Shown here piece after piece: positions 47,048 through 57,018 of a DNA stretch of 64,000 nucleotides; the first letter of the stretch is position 1; every line of letters starts with the position of its first letter. The notes beneath the pieces are model-generated. The model was not told where the DNA came from. It ran no database searches and saw only the letters and a list, made by a program, of their open reading frames with translations. This DNA comes from Acidobacteriota bacterium (GTDB lineage Bacteria > Acidobacteriota > Vicinamibacteria > Fen-336), in contig WYBL01000116.1 in assembly GCA_011526565.1 (NCBI GenBank), positions 3,019 through 67,018 on the forward strand. Reading direction: 5' to 3'. The translations under genes and the position numbers were made by a program.

Positions 47048-47582
47048 CGCCCATCGCCTTCGCAAGCTTGGCGAGCGCGCGCGCCACGACCATCCGGGCC
47101 GAGTCCGAAGAGGGCTTGCCCAGTGCCAGCGCGATCTGCTCGTAGCTGTATCCCATCTCGACCCGGGCGACGACCGCCTGCTGCTCGGGAGCCGGCAACT
47201 CGGCCAGGGCGGCCTGGTAGCGGCCCCGAAGTTCGGCGTCGGCGAAGAGGGAGTCCGGCCCTGGCTCCCGGCTCGCCATCTCGTCGCCGATCTCGTCGAC
47301 AGGCGGCCGGCGCGCGGCCCGACGGACGTGGTCGCGAACCCGGTTGACGACGGCCGTGCGGAGGTACGCCCCCAGCGCGCCGCGTCGGCGCGCGTCGAAG
47401 CGATCGAGATTCCGGACGGCCCCGATCAGCGTCTCCTGGACGATGTCTGCGGTGTCGCCCAGCGCGCGCGCCCACCCCGGCAGCCGCCCGCGGGCGAACC
47501 GGAGCAGCCCGGGCATCTCCCGCTCCAGCAGCCGCTCGAGGGCGGAGCGATTCCCGCGCCGCGCCAGGCTGAGCAGGCGCAC
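47037..47582 (-). CDS. ECF-family RNA polymerase sigma factor
   Basis: Region 2 reads ALERLLEREMPGLLRFARGRL...ADIVQETLIGAVRNLDRFD and region 4 reads LPAPEQQAVVARVEMGYSYEQIALALGKPSSDSARMVVARALAKL. I chose the GTG start at 47582; upstream of it the ORF runs through a low-GC, non-protein-like stretch. Confidence 0.75.
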   Translation of the reverse strand: MRLLSLARRGNRSALERLLEREMPGLLRFARGRLPGWARALGDTADIVQETLIGAVRNLDRFDARRRGALGAYLRTAVVNRVRDHVRRAARRPPVDEIGDEMASREPGPDSLFADAELRGRYQAALAELPAPEQQAVVARVEMGYSYEQIALALGKPSSDSARMVVARALAKLAKAMGDGA

Positions 47583-47756
47583 GGTGGTCGGGGCCGGGGA
47601 GAGAGGGGCCTCGGTCAAGGGATCACGACTCCGCACAGTGACTTCCCAGATTCTGACGACGGAGTGTACATGCACCCGGCGTGCTGTTCGGAACTCCGGT
47701 GAGGGACGTTGTTCCATTCAAGTTCCCCGTTCGCGCCGTGGACAAGGAGGCGTGCC

Positions 47757-48809
47757 ATGCCGACCGTCAGTTGGCTCACGAAGATCACGGACTTCGTCAA
47801 CCTCGGGAAGATCCTGGTCGACGCGGGTCCCGGCTTCATTCTGGCCCTGGCGCTCTACGTCGGCCTTGGGACGGCCCTCAACCTCCCCCTCATTCCTGTG
47901 CACGGCCATGACGCGGTCGAGAGCCGCCTTGCCGGCGAGCTCGAGAAGCGGAGGCAGGAGGAGGAGGGGCTCGAAGGCCAGGCCCTGCACGCCGAGCAGG
48001 GCCGGGAGGCCGCAGCCGCGGCGGTGAGCGGGGCCGAGGCAGCGCTGACTCGCGCGAAAGCGTCGCCCCTGGGGGGAAAGGCCGAGAGGCGGCTCGTGGT
48101 CGAGCTCCAACGGCTGCAGGGAGACCTGAGGGAGAAGCAACGTAGCGCGAAGGCCGCCGAGCGGAAGCTGCGACAGGGCAGCGAAGCCGTCGCTGAAGCC
48201 AAGGCGGCCCTCGCCGACGCGAAGAAGGCACAGGTGACGAGCGTCGCCGATCTGCTCTCGAGGGTGCTCGAGCACCTGGTCGCACTCGGCCTCGTGGGCT
48301 ACGTTCTCGGCACCCTGCTCAGCCCCGTCAATCGTTGGGTCTTTCTCGACACGATGGGGTCCGATCCCGCCAGCAACGGACTCGATGGCCGACCCTCTTC
48401 CTACTTCGTCGGAAAGGGGGTGGTGTCGCAGACCGAACTCGATGGCCTGGTGACTTCCTACTACCGGTTCGCCGAAGCGAGCGCCAACATGATCCTCCCG
48501 ATCCTGGCGCTTGCCCTCGCGGTCGGCATCGAACGCCGGAGTTCGGTGGCTTCGACTCCCTGGACCTCAGGCGCCGCGGCGCTGCTCGTCTTGGCGTTCG
48601 TTGTGTTCCTGGCCGTCACAGGCCGGCGCCGCTACCGCGACTACAAGACCCGCGTCCACTCGTTCATCACGGGGCGGCTCGAGAAGGTCCAGGCGGCGGA
48701 CGACGATCGCCGGCAGGGGCTGGAGAAGGCCAGGACGCTCGAACAGGTCGTCAAGCTCGCCGAGGAGCTGCTCAAGAAGACGGCCAAGCCCGGGAGCCCA
48801 ACCGCGTGA
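47757..48809 (+). CDS. Membrane protein with a long coiled-coil segment; hypothetical
   Basis: A strong SD (AAGGAGG) lies 6 nt upstream of the ATG. The N-terminal TM helix is ILVDAGPGFILALALYVGLG. A charged coiled coil (...ELEKRRQEEEGLEGQALHAEQGREAAAAA...LREKQRSAKAAERKLRQGSEAVAEAKAALADAKKAQ...) is followed by further TM helices. Confidence 0.55.
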   Translation: MPTVSWLTKITDFVNLGKILVDAGPGFILALALYVGLGTALNLPLIPVHGHDAVESRLAGELEKRRQEEEGLEGQALHAEQGREAAAAAVSGAEAALTRAKASPLGGKAERRLVVELQRLQGDLREKQRSAKAAERKLRQGSEAVAEAKAALADAKKAQVTSVADLLSRVLEHLVALGLVGYVLGTLLSPVNRWVFLDTMGSDPASNGLDGRPSSYFVGKGVVSQTELDGLVTSYYRFAEASANMILPILALALAVGIERRSSVASTPWTSGAAALLVLAFVVFLAVTGRRRYRDYKTRVHSFITGRLEKVQAADDDRRQGLEKARTLEQVVKLAEELLKKTAKPGSPTA

Positions 48810-49837
48810 TTCTCCTGTTCACCCTGGCGCAGCGCCTTCGACAGCGGTACGGCGAGGCCCACTGGGACCGCCTGCGGGCCTCGTTGGTCGACCTCGCCGA
48901 CGCCTACACCCTGACTCACGGGGCCGCAGCGCTGTGCCTGCCCGACGAGTTCTGGCCTCCAGGCTCGGACGCCAACGCCGTCGAGCTGATCCGTTCCGAG
49001 CTGGAGGCGCGGGCCCCGATCGAAGCGCTCGTGATCATCGGCGGCGACTCCGTAGTCCCGTTCGGGAGGGCGCCCAATCCCGTCGCCGATCGCGTCGCCG
49101 ATCCTGATTCCCTGGTCCTCAGCGACGCGGTCTACGGATCACCGTGGAGTCTTGCAGGAGCCCGCGTGCCCGTGGCGAGAATCCCCGACAGCGACCCGCC
49201 AGAACTGGGTGAACTGCTGTCGCTCCTCGAGGCGGCCCGGCCGGATTCCCGTGGCTCGTCTCGACGGGGCGCATTCGCGGTCGCGAATCCGGAGTGGGAA
49301 GCAGCGACCTGGAGGGCGCTCAAGGGTCACCGGCCGACCGTGCGAGTCGCTCCCCACTGGCACGGCGGTGATCCGGAGTGGCCATCCAACGACGCCGCCC
49401 TCCTCTACTTCAACCTCCACGGGTTCGCTCGACGACCCGAGTGGTTCGGATTCCACGACCGCAGCGGATGGACTCCCGTGCTGCGGCCCGGGAACATCCA
49501 ACGCGAGGCGGTCGCGGGCGCGATCGTCTTCGTGGAGAACTGCTACGGCGGCAACACCGTCGGCCGGTCACGACGCTCCAGCATCTCGCTGGCCCTGCTC
49601 GCCTGTGGCGCGCGGGCGATCATCGCCACCGCAGGCCTGGCGTTCGGAAGCCACCTGCCTTCCATGGAGCACAACGCCGACGCGCTGGCCAGCGCGACAC
49701 TCTCCGCCCTTTCCACTGGCGCCTCGGTTGGCGCAGCGCTGGACCGGGCGCGGCAAGCTCTGCCGGGCGACGACGCGTTCGCAGCCAAGACCCGATCCCA
49801 ATTCCTGATCTTCGGCGATCCCCTCGCCACCCTCTGA
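48806..49837 (+). CDS. Caspase-fold (CHAT/C25/C14-like) putative cysteine protease; hypothetical
   Basis: The GTG start overlaps the upstream stop (GTGA). It has an ordered His-Gly ... Cys dyad typical of the caspase-hemoglobinase fold (...ALLYFNLHGFARRPEW..., then ...AIVFVENCYGGNTVG...SLALLACGARAIIATAG). The N-terminal region reads ...ALVIIGGDSVVPFG.... Confidence 0.5.
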   Translation: MILLFTLAQRLRQRYGEAHWDRLRASLVDLADAYTLTHGAAALCLPDEFWPPGSDANAVELIRSELEARAPIEALVIIGGDSVVPFGRAPNPVADRVADPDSLVLSDAVYGSPWSLAGARVPVARIPDSDPPELGELLSLLEAARPDSRGSSRRGAFAVANPEWEAATWRALKGHRPTVRVAPHWHGGDPEWPSNDAALLYFNLHGFARRPEWFGFHDRSGWTPVLRPGNIQREAVAGAIVFVENCYGGNTVGRSRRSSISLALLACGARAIIATAGLAFGSHLPSMEHNADALASATLSALSTGASVGAALDRARQALPGDDAFAAKTRSQFLIFGDPLATL

Positions 49838-49850
49838 TCGGAGACTCGCG

Positions 49851-51707
49851 ATGAGACTGGAATACGTGCTCGCCCTGACCCTCGGAGTCGCTCCGGGCGC
49901 CGCAGCCGAGTCCAACGACCGAAAGGCAAGCCAGTACGTCGTCTTCGACGCTCGGTCCGGCGGCAAGGGGCTTCACCGGTGTGTCGGCAGCCCGGGTGCG
50001 GACTGCCGCGCGCCGAAGACCGACTTCTTCGACAGCCAGGACATCGTCCTGTTCCAGCTCGTCGGCGCTCCCTGCAACACCCGATGGACGTTTCAGCTCG
50101 GCGACGTGGCCGTCCCGGAACCCGAGCCGGGGATACGCGGCCTGGGCGACATGCCATCGCTGGCCAAGGCTCTTGCCGGACCGCCACCGGCGCACGGTTC
50201 TGATGCTCCAGCAGCGCAAGCGGCCGACTCGTGGTCCATCGAAGACATCCTCGGTCGGCTCGTCTCCCGGGAAGGGATCCAGGGCCTCCGGCTCGACATC
50301 GAGGGAGAGAAAGCCAGGCTCGAATCTGAGATCAGGAACCTGGCTGCCGCCGTCGCCGCGTACGAGTACGACGTCCGCATCTTCCTCGCCGACGCCGCGG
50401 TCGAGAACGCGGTTGCCGCGGTTCGCGCGGTCGAGGATGCGGCCGGCAAGCCTCCTGCGGCGGGATGCTCCGGCGCGTACCAGTTGCGCGAAGCTGCGGA
50501 GATGGCCGAGGCGGAACTCTCCCGTGTGGAGGCAAACATCACAACCTCAGGCTTGGGGAGCAAGGCCAGCACTCTGCGGGAGCGGCTGCGCGTGCTCGGA
50601 GCCGAGATTGGCCTTCACGCAGCCCGGGTGGACAGGGCACGCGCCGCGGTCGAGATCGCCCGCTCGGGCCTTGGCTGGGAATGCGAAGCCGCGCCGCAGA
50701 CCACGTCGGCCACCGAATGCGACGCTCCTGTCGAGGTGGGCCTGGAACGCTTGAAGCGAGCGGTGGCCGCCTACGGTGCGACCGCTACGGGCGAGGCTCT
50801 GCGCCGGATATACGACCACTACGAGACGGAGAGGCCTCGCGTCCGATACGCCCTTATGCAAGACCTCGCCGAGCTCGGGGTCGCGCTTTCGAGCACGGCC
50901 GTCGATGGCCAGTTGGGCGCGCAGCGGGATAGCGTTCGTCGCTCCTCGGCATCGCTCGAGACGTGGGGGGCTGGGGCCGACGACCGCCTCCGCGACATGC
51001 GGAAGGCGCTCCGACGCCACTTCGCCGATTCCACCTACGCCTCGACCGTCGACGTGCGCCCTCGATTCACGGGGAACACCGTCCTGAGTCTCAAGGTGCG
51101 GCGCCAGGTATTCGATCCGCTCGCGCCGCCGGCCACCGAGCCTCCCGCCGCCGTCGAAGTGGCGAGTGCATCCTACGAGGTGCACAAGCGGTACCTCTTC
51201 AACGTCGGCGGCGGATTCATGATCAGCGGCATCGGGAACAGGGAATACGCCGTCCGGCAGTATCGACGCCTGGATGCCGACGGGCAGCCCGTCTCCGACG
51301 ACGACGGACCAATCTTCGACAAGAAGCTCGTCGAGTCGGGCTCGGATGACCGGTCGCAGGATTTCGCCCTGACCTTCACCGCCTACCTTCCGCGCCGTCT
51401 CGACACTTTCCACGCGTCGGCGGCGCGCCGACCCACGACTGGGTTGATGGTGGGCTTCTCACTCGAGAAGCCCACGGACAACCTGTACGCGGGCCTCGTT
51501 CTTCAGCCGACCCTGGGCATCCAACTGACGGCCGGGGTTCACTTCGGAAAGCGCTCGGCCCCACAGGATGGCATCGTCCCCGAGGTCACCGTGCTCCCGG
51601 CCGACACGACAGCGCCGCCGATACGAGACGAGTGGGCGAGGGCGCTCTTCTTCAGTATCGGGTTCGACGCCAGCGTGTTCTCGCGGTTGTTCGGGTCGTC
51701 CGAGTAG
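49851..51707 (+). CDS. Large secreted protein with a possible C-terminal beta-barrel/beta-rich region; hypothetical
   Basis: Signal peptide MRLEYVLALTLGVAPGAAAE. The C-terminus has alternating-hydrophobic beta-strand-like segments (...YLFNVGGGFMISGIGN..., ...TGLMVGFSLE..., ...LVLQPTLGIQLTAGVHFG..., ...ALFFSIGFDASVF...). It starts 14 nt after the preceding gene. Confidence 0.5.
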   Translation: MRLEYVLALTLGVAPGAAAESNDRKASQYVVFDARSGGKGLHRCVGSPGADCRAPKTDFFDSQDIVLFQLVGAPCNTRWTFQLGDVAVPEPEPGIRGLGDMPSLAKALAGPPPAHGSDAPAAQAADSWSIEDILGRLVSREGIQGLRLDIEGEKARLESEIRNLAAAVAAYEYDVRIFLADAAVENAVAAVRAVEDAAGKPPAAGCSGAYQLREAAEMAEAELSRVEANITTSGLGSKASTLRERLRVLGAEIGLHAARVDRARAAVEIARSGLGWECEAAPQTTSATECDAPVEVGLERLKRAVAAYGATATGEALRRIYDHYETERPRVRYALMQDLAELGVALSSTAVDGQLGAQRDSVRRSSASLETWGAGADDRLRDMRKALRRHFADSTYASTVDVRPRFTGNTVLSLKVRRQVFDPLAPPATEPPAAVEVASASYEVHKRYLFNVGGGFMISGIGNREYAVRQYRRLDADGQPVSDDDGPIFDKKLVESGSDDRSQDFALTFTAYLPRRLDTFHASAARRPTTGLMVGFSLEKPTDNLYAGLVLQPTLGIQLTAGVHFGKRSAPQDGIVPEVTVLPADTTAPPIRDEWARALFFSIGFDASVFSRLFGSSE

Positions 51708-51808
51708 TCGGGGGGCGAGAATCACCTGGGGTGTCAACGTCGGGCGAGCGCGCACGAGACCTGGGCAAGGAGGGACAGGCGCGGGTTCGGGCTGGGAGCG
51801 GATCCTGG

Positions 51809-52585
51809 TCAGCGAGCGGGTGCGGGAGGCTCTGCGAAGATCGCGGCGACGAGGTCGAGGCGGCCCGCTTTCCACTTGGCAAAGAGCCAGTTGACCTCCG
51901 GGGCGAGGCTGGCCGCGGCGATGCGTTCCTGGAGGGGCCCCAGCGCTGCGCGAAGGCCGAGCGTGGCTTCGCCGGCCAGGATCTGGAGCTGGGGCCTTCC
52001 TCGCTCCTGCTTGACCGCGGCCACCAGGAAGCCGTCGCCGAGTTCTTTCGGGACTTGCACCTTGGCCGCGCGCAGCAAGGGACCCTGCGGTGGTGCGCCT
52101 GGGTCGCCCGGGCACAGGGTCAGCTTCAGGTCGTGGTCGGCGGGGAGTTCGAGTTCCTTGGGGCTGAGGCCGCGCAGGCTCGACTCGGCGCTTGCGACCA
52201 CCGCCACCGCGCCGCTGCCGCTCGGCCGGTACACCACCCGCCAGTGCGGTGCTGTCCCGCTCCCGTCCTCGTGGGTGGAGACCGCGGTGGAGGCTGACTG
52301 ACCCGCGATCCAACCCGGGTTGTATCCGCAGTCGAGCGAGCCCGACCAGGTGCCGACGCCCGGCTCGCGCCAGCAGACGAAGTGGCCCTGGAACTCGCCG
52401 CACGAGCCACTCGTGCACCACAGGTTCCCGTCGCACCAGGCCTCGACCTGGGCGCAGGGCCACGGCGGCAACCAGCGCTGGCACTCGACCACGCAGTGAT
52501 CGGCGGCCGCGGGCGCGGTCGCCGAGACCAACGTCAGCGTGAGGAAGAGGTCCGTGATTCGAAGCCTTCTTCTCATGCTTCTCAT
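51809..52585 (-). CDS. Secreted Cys-rich hypothetical protein
   Basis: Signal peptide (MRSMRRRLRITDLFLTLTLVSATAPAAA) then a Cys-rich region: DHCVVECQRWLPPWPCAQVEAWCDGNLWCTSGSCGEFQGHFVCW.... Confidence 0.5.
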   Translation of the reverse strand: MRSMRRRLRITDLFLTLTLVSATAPAAADHCVVECQRWLPPWPCAQVEAWCDGNLWCTSGSCGEFQGHFVCWREPGVGTWSGSLDCGYNPGWIAGQSASTAVSTHEDGSGTAPHWRVVYRPSGSGAVAVVASAESSLRGLSPKELELPADHDLKLTLCPGDPGAPPQGPLLRAAKVQVPKELGDGFLVAAVKQERGRPQLQILAGEATLGLRAALGPLQERIAAASLAPEVNWLFAKWKAGRLDLVAAIFAEPPAPAR

Positions 52586-52976
52586 CCCTGCCGCCCGCGC
52601 GTGACCACCTCGACCGTGCCGCCGGGCCGCAGGATCAGCTCGATCCGCGCCGCATCCGAGACTTGAAGCACCTGAGTCCACCGCTCCGCCCTCCCGTCGT
52701 TCGACCAACTCACCGTCGCCTGCACGACGCCGGCGTGCGCCCGCACCCGGAGCCTCGGCCCCGTGCCCGTCTCGTGCCCGAGCAACTCGGCCCGCACGCA
52801 CGCCGCATCCACCCTCAGCGTGACGCCAGACGCAGCCCCCGGCCCGCCATTCACGACCTCGACGAGCACTCTGTCGCCGAGGAGGCGGGCGCCGAGCCGC
52901 GGCGCGGCGGCGAGCCCCGCCCCGACCACTGCGAGCGAAGCGACGGCCGCCCAGCGCAACGCCAGGTGGCCACTCA
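52582..52976 (-). CDS. Small secreted hypothetical protein
   Basis: Signal peptide MSGHLALRWAAVASLAVVGAGLAAA. Both ends overlap the neighbouring genes by 3-4 nt (operon-style). Confidence 0.45.
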
Positions 52977-54337
52977 TGGCTTCTGGTAGCCGTAGAGCTC
53001 GCGTCGAGCGCCGGCAACCGGGGACATCCAGTCGTCGATCGGGAGACCGGGGAGCGGGCGGCCCCAGAGGTCGCCCCACCTCGCGCCTCGGAGGAAGCTG
53101 ATCGTCCAGCGCTGGACGAGATTCATCAGCGGGAGCGCGGCGTGCAGGGTCATGCCCTTGCGGAACGGGAGGTTCTCGCCGACTCCGAGGAACCCGCCGA
53201 AGTCGCGCTCCGCGACGCCGACCACGGAATCCCGGTCCGCCCACTCAGGAACCGCCCCGTGCAACGGCACGGTACCGTCGCCGAGGTTGTCGCGCCAGGC
53301 GTCGACGTCGGCCGGGGCCCCGTCTTCGCCGCGGTACTCCTGCGACTCCACGTCGAACGCGAAGCGGCCGTCGGCCGCCAGCTTCACACGATGCGCCGTG
53401 CGCTCGTCCAGGCCCACGATCAGCAGCCACTGGCCCGGCTCGGCGAGGGCCGCGCTCGGGTCCTCCTCGTTGACGCTCGCGAGGAAGCTGCGCCCGTCTT
53501 CGAGGCGCTCGCGGAGGTACTTCCACGCGGACTTCATGCGCTGCTCGGCGTTGGAGTTCCTGGGGTCGGTGCTGTGCGTCCGGATGAAGTCGGCGACCGA
53601 CTCGACGATGCTCTCCTGCCAGTTCTTCGCGTTGAAGATCGCCTTCCCCGAGTGCCCCGCCAGCGCTCCTTCGAAGTACGGCAACAGGTGGTAGATCGCG
53701 GGCGTCATGCGGGCCGCCAGGCGCTCGCTGTGCTGCGGCGAGCCGACCATCGAGCCTTCGCCCGTGGCCAGCTTGATCACCGCGTCGACCGCTCCCTGGA
53801 AGGGCGTTCCGATCGTCACCACGCGTCGAACCAGCGGCTTGCCGTTCGGGCCCTTGCAACCCTTGGCGAGAGCCGATGCGATCACCAGACCGCCCATCGA
53901 GTGGCCCACGAGGTCGACCGTCGTCGCCTTCTCTTTCGCGTAGCTCTTCAGGAGGTTGGTGCGGTCGATCACCTCGCGCACGAACTCGCAGAGCTGGTCC
54001 GCCACGACGCGGTTGTCGGCGCGCCAGTCGTAGGCGAACGGGAAGACGGGCACGACTGCCGTCGGCCCGCGATCTTCGCGCAGCGCCGATCGCAGCTCGC
54101 GGATGAACTCCGCGTAGCCCATCTCCGCCGCGTGCGAGGGGACGATCTTCGCCGGCTCCACCGCCTCGAAGCGCAGGTCGTCCGGGTGCATCGCGATGCG
54201 GTGGAACTCCTTGATCGGCCGCCAGCGCAGCGCCTCGATCCCGGGGTCCCAGACGACCTCGGGCGTGGTGGGATAGACGTCGCGGAGCACGGACCCCGTG
54301 ATCCCGTGGACGACGATCACCGGTGGCTGCACCTTCA
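52974..54337 (-). CDS. Alpha/beta-hydrolase of the PGAP1/LCAT-like lipase family
   Basis: MKVQPPVIVVHGITGS and the nucleophile elbow LVGHSMGGLVIAS are present; PGAP1-like esterases share the VHG...GHSMGG pattern. Confidence 0.68.
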
Positions 54338-54444
54338 TTGCCAGGCCCTCCAGACTCGCTCGTTCATAAAGTATACATAAAGCACACACGGAACGCTCGA
54401 TGGATCGGCTTTGAGCCCCGCGCGAAGGCTCGAGCCTCGGCCCT

Positions 54445-56760
54445 TCAGGGGCGGCGCAGGGTCTCCAACGGGGCTTGCCGTGACGCGGCGACTGCCGGTG
54501 CCAGCGAGGCGGCGGCGGCGCACAGAAGGGTGAACGCCGCCGATGCGGTCAGCGTCGTGAGTTCGAACGACGCCCACTGGAAATGAGCCGACTCGGCCCA
54601 CTGGCCCAGCCACACCGAGACGAGGGTTCCGATCCCGATGCCTGCCATGGCCAGCGTCGCCCCCTCGGCCGCCATCAGGATCGTCAACTCGCGGGGCCCT
54701 GCTCCGACGACGGCCCGGACCGCCATCTCGAAGCGGCGCATCGCGGCGAGGGAGTACACGACGGCAGAGACGCCGACGAGCGCCGCCCCAAGGCCGACGA
54801 GGGCGTACGTGCCGAGCAGTCGCACCTGCGCCAGGAGCGGCGCCTGTGCTCGGGCGACGAGATCCCCGGCGAACACCAGGCCATGGACCGAGGGGCTCTT
54901 CGCCGTCCCGCTGACGGCGTGGATCTGCCGAGCGGCCTCGCCGCAATCGTGGCAGCGCACCAGCAACCACTCCTCGTCGGGGTGGCGACCGCGGGCCGGC
55001 CGACTGCGCGGCAGGTAGCACTGGGGCAGGGGTTCCTGGGCAGCATCGATGCCTCGTACCGGTGCGACGACGCCGATGACCTCGCGCAGGGCCAGTTCGC
55101 CCTCGATGCGGATCTGACGACCCACGGCCGCGACAGCCTGCCCTGGCCGCCGCCCCTCGTCGGCGAACGCCAGGATCAGTACGTCCGCGTCTCCCGGCGC
55201 GAAAGCCCGCCCGGCGAGCAGCCGGATCCCGGTCGCGGCCAGGAAGTCGCCCTCCACGTGCCAGACCTGACAGAGGACCCTCCCGGCCTCCCCGTCGATC
55301 CACACGCCCCCTGCTGACGCGACACCTGGAGGCGCAGACGCGGTCGCCGCGGCCGACACTCCGGGAAGTTGCGCGACCTCGGCCATCAGGGCCTGAGGCG
55401 AGGCGCCCAGGCGCCCGAGCAGCAGGTTCTTCGATTCGTAGCCCAGAGGAATCTCGAGTGCTGCTCTCAGGGTCCATGCGGAGACCAGCGCGCCGTTGAG
55501 CAAGACGACCGCGATGACCGTCTGACTGATCACCAGGAGGCGGCGCGTCCACCGCACCTGCCCTGTGGACGCTCCCCCGCCGTCCCGCAGGCCTTCCGAC
55601 GGAGCCGCGCGCAATGCAACGGCCATCGCGCCGGCGGATGCGAGGAGGACGCTCGGGAACGCCAGACCGAGAGCCGCCCCGCTCGCGACGGCGACGAGAC
55701 GCTCGAGCGGCGGCTGGTGGACCCACCAGGCCGCGAATATCTCGCGTCCGCCGACGATCGAGAGGGAGGCGACCAGCGCCCCCACGACGCCCACTCCGAG
55801 GGCGAGGGAGAACGTCTCGCTGCCGAGCTGCAGCAGGAGGTTTCGCCGCGTCGCGCCGAGAGCCTGCCGCACGGCGAACTCGACGCGGCGCACCGACATC
55901 CGACCCAGCAAGAGAGTGCCCAGGCTCGCGACGGCGGTACCCAGGAGCAAGCCCGAGAGCGCCAGGAGCAGCAGCGCGGGCGCTATCACTCTCTCGCGCG
56001 CCACGTCCACCATCGGCCGGACGAACACGCGCTCGCCGAAGCGCACCCCGGTGCTGCGCGTGTAGAGGGCGTGCAGGCCGTGCAGCAAGCCCCCCAGTTG
56101 CGAACGCGCCGACTCGATGCTGGTCTCGGGCCGCAGGCGCCCGACCCAGCCGTCGCGTCGCACCAGGCCGAACGGATCGTCGTTGCCTCGGGCCCGCCCT
56201 CCTGCACGCGTGCGTGGCGTCCAGATCTCGGTGCCTCCCGGGAAGTCGAAGCCCGCCGGGGCGACACCGACGACGCGGTGAAGGGTGCCTTCCAGCAGGA
56301 TCTGCGCCCCGAGCACGGCCGCCCCGGGACCGAAGTGCCGGTCGCGGAAGGCGGCGCCCACAACGGCCACAGGTTCGTTCGATCGATCCTCCTCGACGCT
56401 GAATGCGCGCCCCGGCAAAGGAACGACCCCGAACACGCTGAAGAAGGCGGCGGAGACAGCGGTGGTCCTGACCTCTCTACGGTGGCCGTCCAGTCGGACC
56501 TCGACGAGTCCGGTCTCGTAGGTCGCCAACGCCGCGAGGCTTCGCGCCTGCCCCCAGTACTCGACGGGGTCCCCGACGAGAGGGTGCGCCATGTTCCCGA
56601 GATGCACGATGCGGTCCGCCGCGGGCACCCCGAGCGGGCGCAGGACCAAGGCATCGACGGCGGCCACCATCGCGCTCGCCACGCCGAGGACGACCCCGAG
56701 GGCGATGGCGACGACGGCCGTACCGCGATGGCGAAGGGCGAGCCGGGCATCGAGGCGCAC
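54445..56760 (-). CDS. ABC transporter permease of the FtsX/MacB type (duplicated FtsX domains; ADOP family); no ATPase gene adjacent
   Basis: An N-terminal TM helix is followed by a large periplasmic domain, then two blocks of 3-4 TM helices (...LLLGTAVASLGTLLLGRMSVRRVEFAVRQALGATRRNL... and ...VVYSLAAMRRFEMAVRAVVGAGPRELTILMAAEG...), the pattern of the FtsX permease fold. Confidence 0.72.
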   Translation of the reverse strand: MRLDARLALRHRGTAVVAIALGVVLGVASAMVAAVDALVLRPLGVPAADRIVHLGNMAHPLVGDPVEYWGQARSLAALATYETGLVEVRLDGHRREVRTTAVSAAFFSVFGVVPLPGRAFSVEEDRSNEPVAVVGAAFRDRHFGPGAAVLGAQILLEGTLHRVVGVAPAGFDFPGGTEIWTPRTRAGGRARGNDDPFGLVRRDGWVGRLRPETSIESARSQLGGLLHGLHALYTRSTGVRFGERVFVRPMVDVARERVIAPALLLLALSGLLLGTAVASLGTLLLGRMSVRRVEFAVRQALGATRRNLLLQLGSETFSLALGVGVVGALVASLSIVGGREIFAAWWVHQPPLERLVAVASGAALGLAFPSVLLASAGAMAVALRAAPSEGLRDGGGASTGQVRWTRRLLVISQTVIAVVLLNGALVSAWTLRAALEIPLGYESKNLLLGRLGASPQALMAEVAQLPGVSAAATASAPPGVASAGGVWIDGEAGRVLCQVWHVEGDFLAATGIRLLAGRAFAPGDADVLILAFADEGRRPGQAVAAVGRQIRIEGELALREVIGVVAPVRGIDAAQEPLPQCYLPRSRPARGRHPDEEWLLVRCHDCGEAARQIHAVSGTAKSPSVHGLVFAGDLVARAQAPLLAQVRLLGTYALVGLGAALVGVSAVVYSLAAMRRFEMAVRAVVGAGPRELTILMAAEGATLAMAGIGIGTLVSVWLGQWAESAHFQWASFELTTLTASAAFTLLCAAAASLAPAVAASRQAPLETLRRP

Positions 56761-56787
56761 GGGAGATGGTAGCGGCCCAGTGCGGCC

Positions 56788-57015
56788 CTATGAACGAGGC
56801 GCCGGCTCCCAACGCCCGGCACGGCAGACGAGGATGCTGCTCTGGCCCCTGATCAGAGCACCCTCGGAATACGTGGCCCCCTCGAACGTGCATCCGGCGG
56901 GCTTGGCGGCAGGCAGCCCTGGCGACTGGTCGGAAGCCCTCCAGAGGGCGAGGGCAGCCAACAGACTGACGATGCCCAGGACCCCGATCGCCAGACGGAC
57001 GTGCGGCTGCTTCAC
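56788..57015 (-). CDS. Small secreted/membrane-anchored hypothetical protein (75 aa, 2 Cys)
   Basis: It has an N-terminal hydrophobic segment and lies 3 nt downstream of the TlpA-like gene. Confidence 0.35.
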   Translation of the reverse strand: MKQPHVRLAIGVLGIVSLLAALALWRASDQSPGLPAAKPAGCTFEGATYSEGALIRGQSSILVCRAGRWEPAPRS

Positions 57016-57018
57016 AGT

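Noticed and set aside
44111-47065. Multiple 70-500-aa ORFs on both strands across the STK gene (for example 44465..45988 +, 44883..45551 -, 46453..47475 -)
   Set aside because: Alternate-frame or antisense to the kinase, which has unambiguous Hanks motifs and TM helices. The translations are low-complexity.
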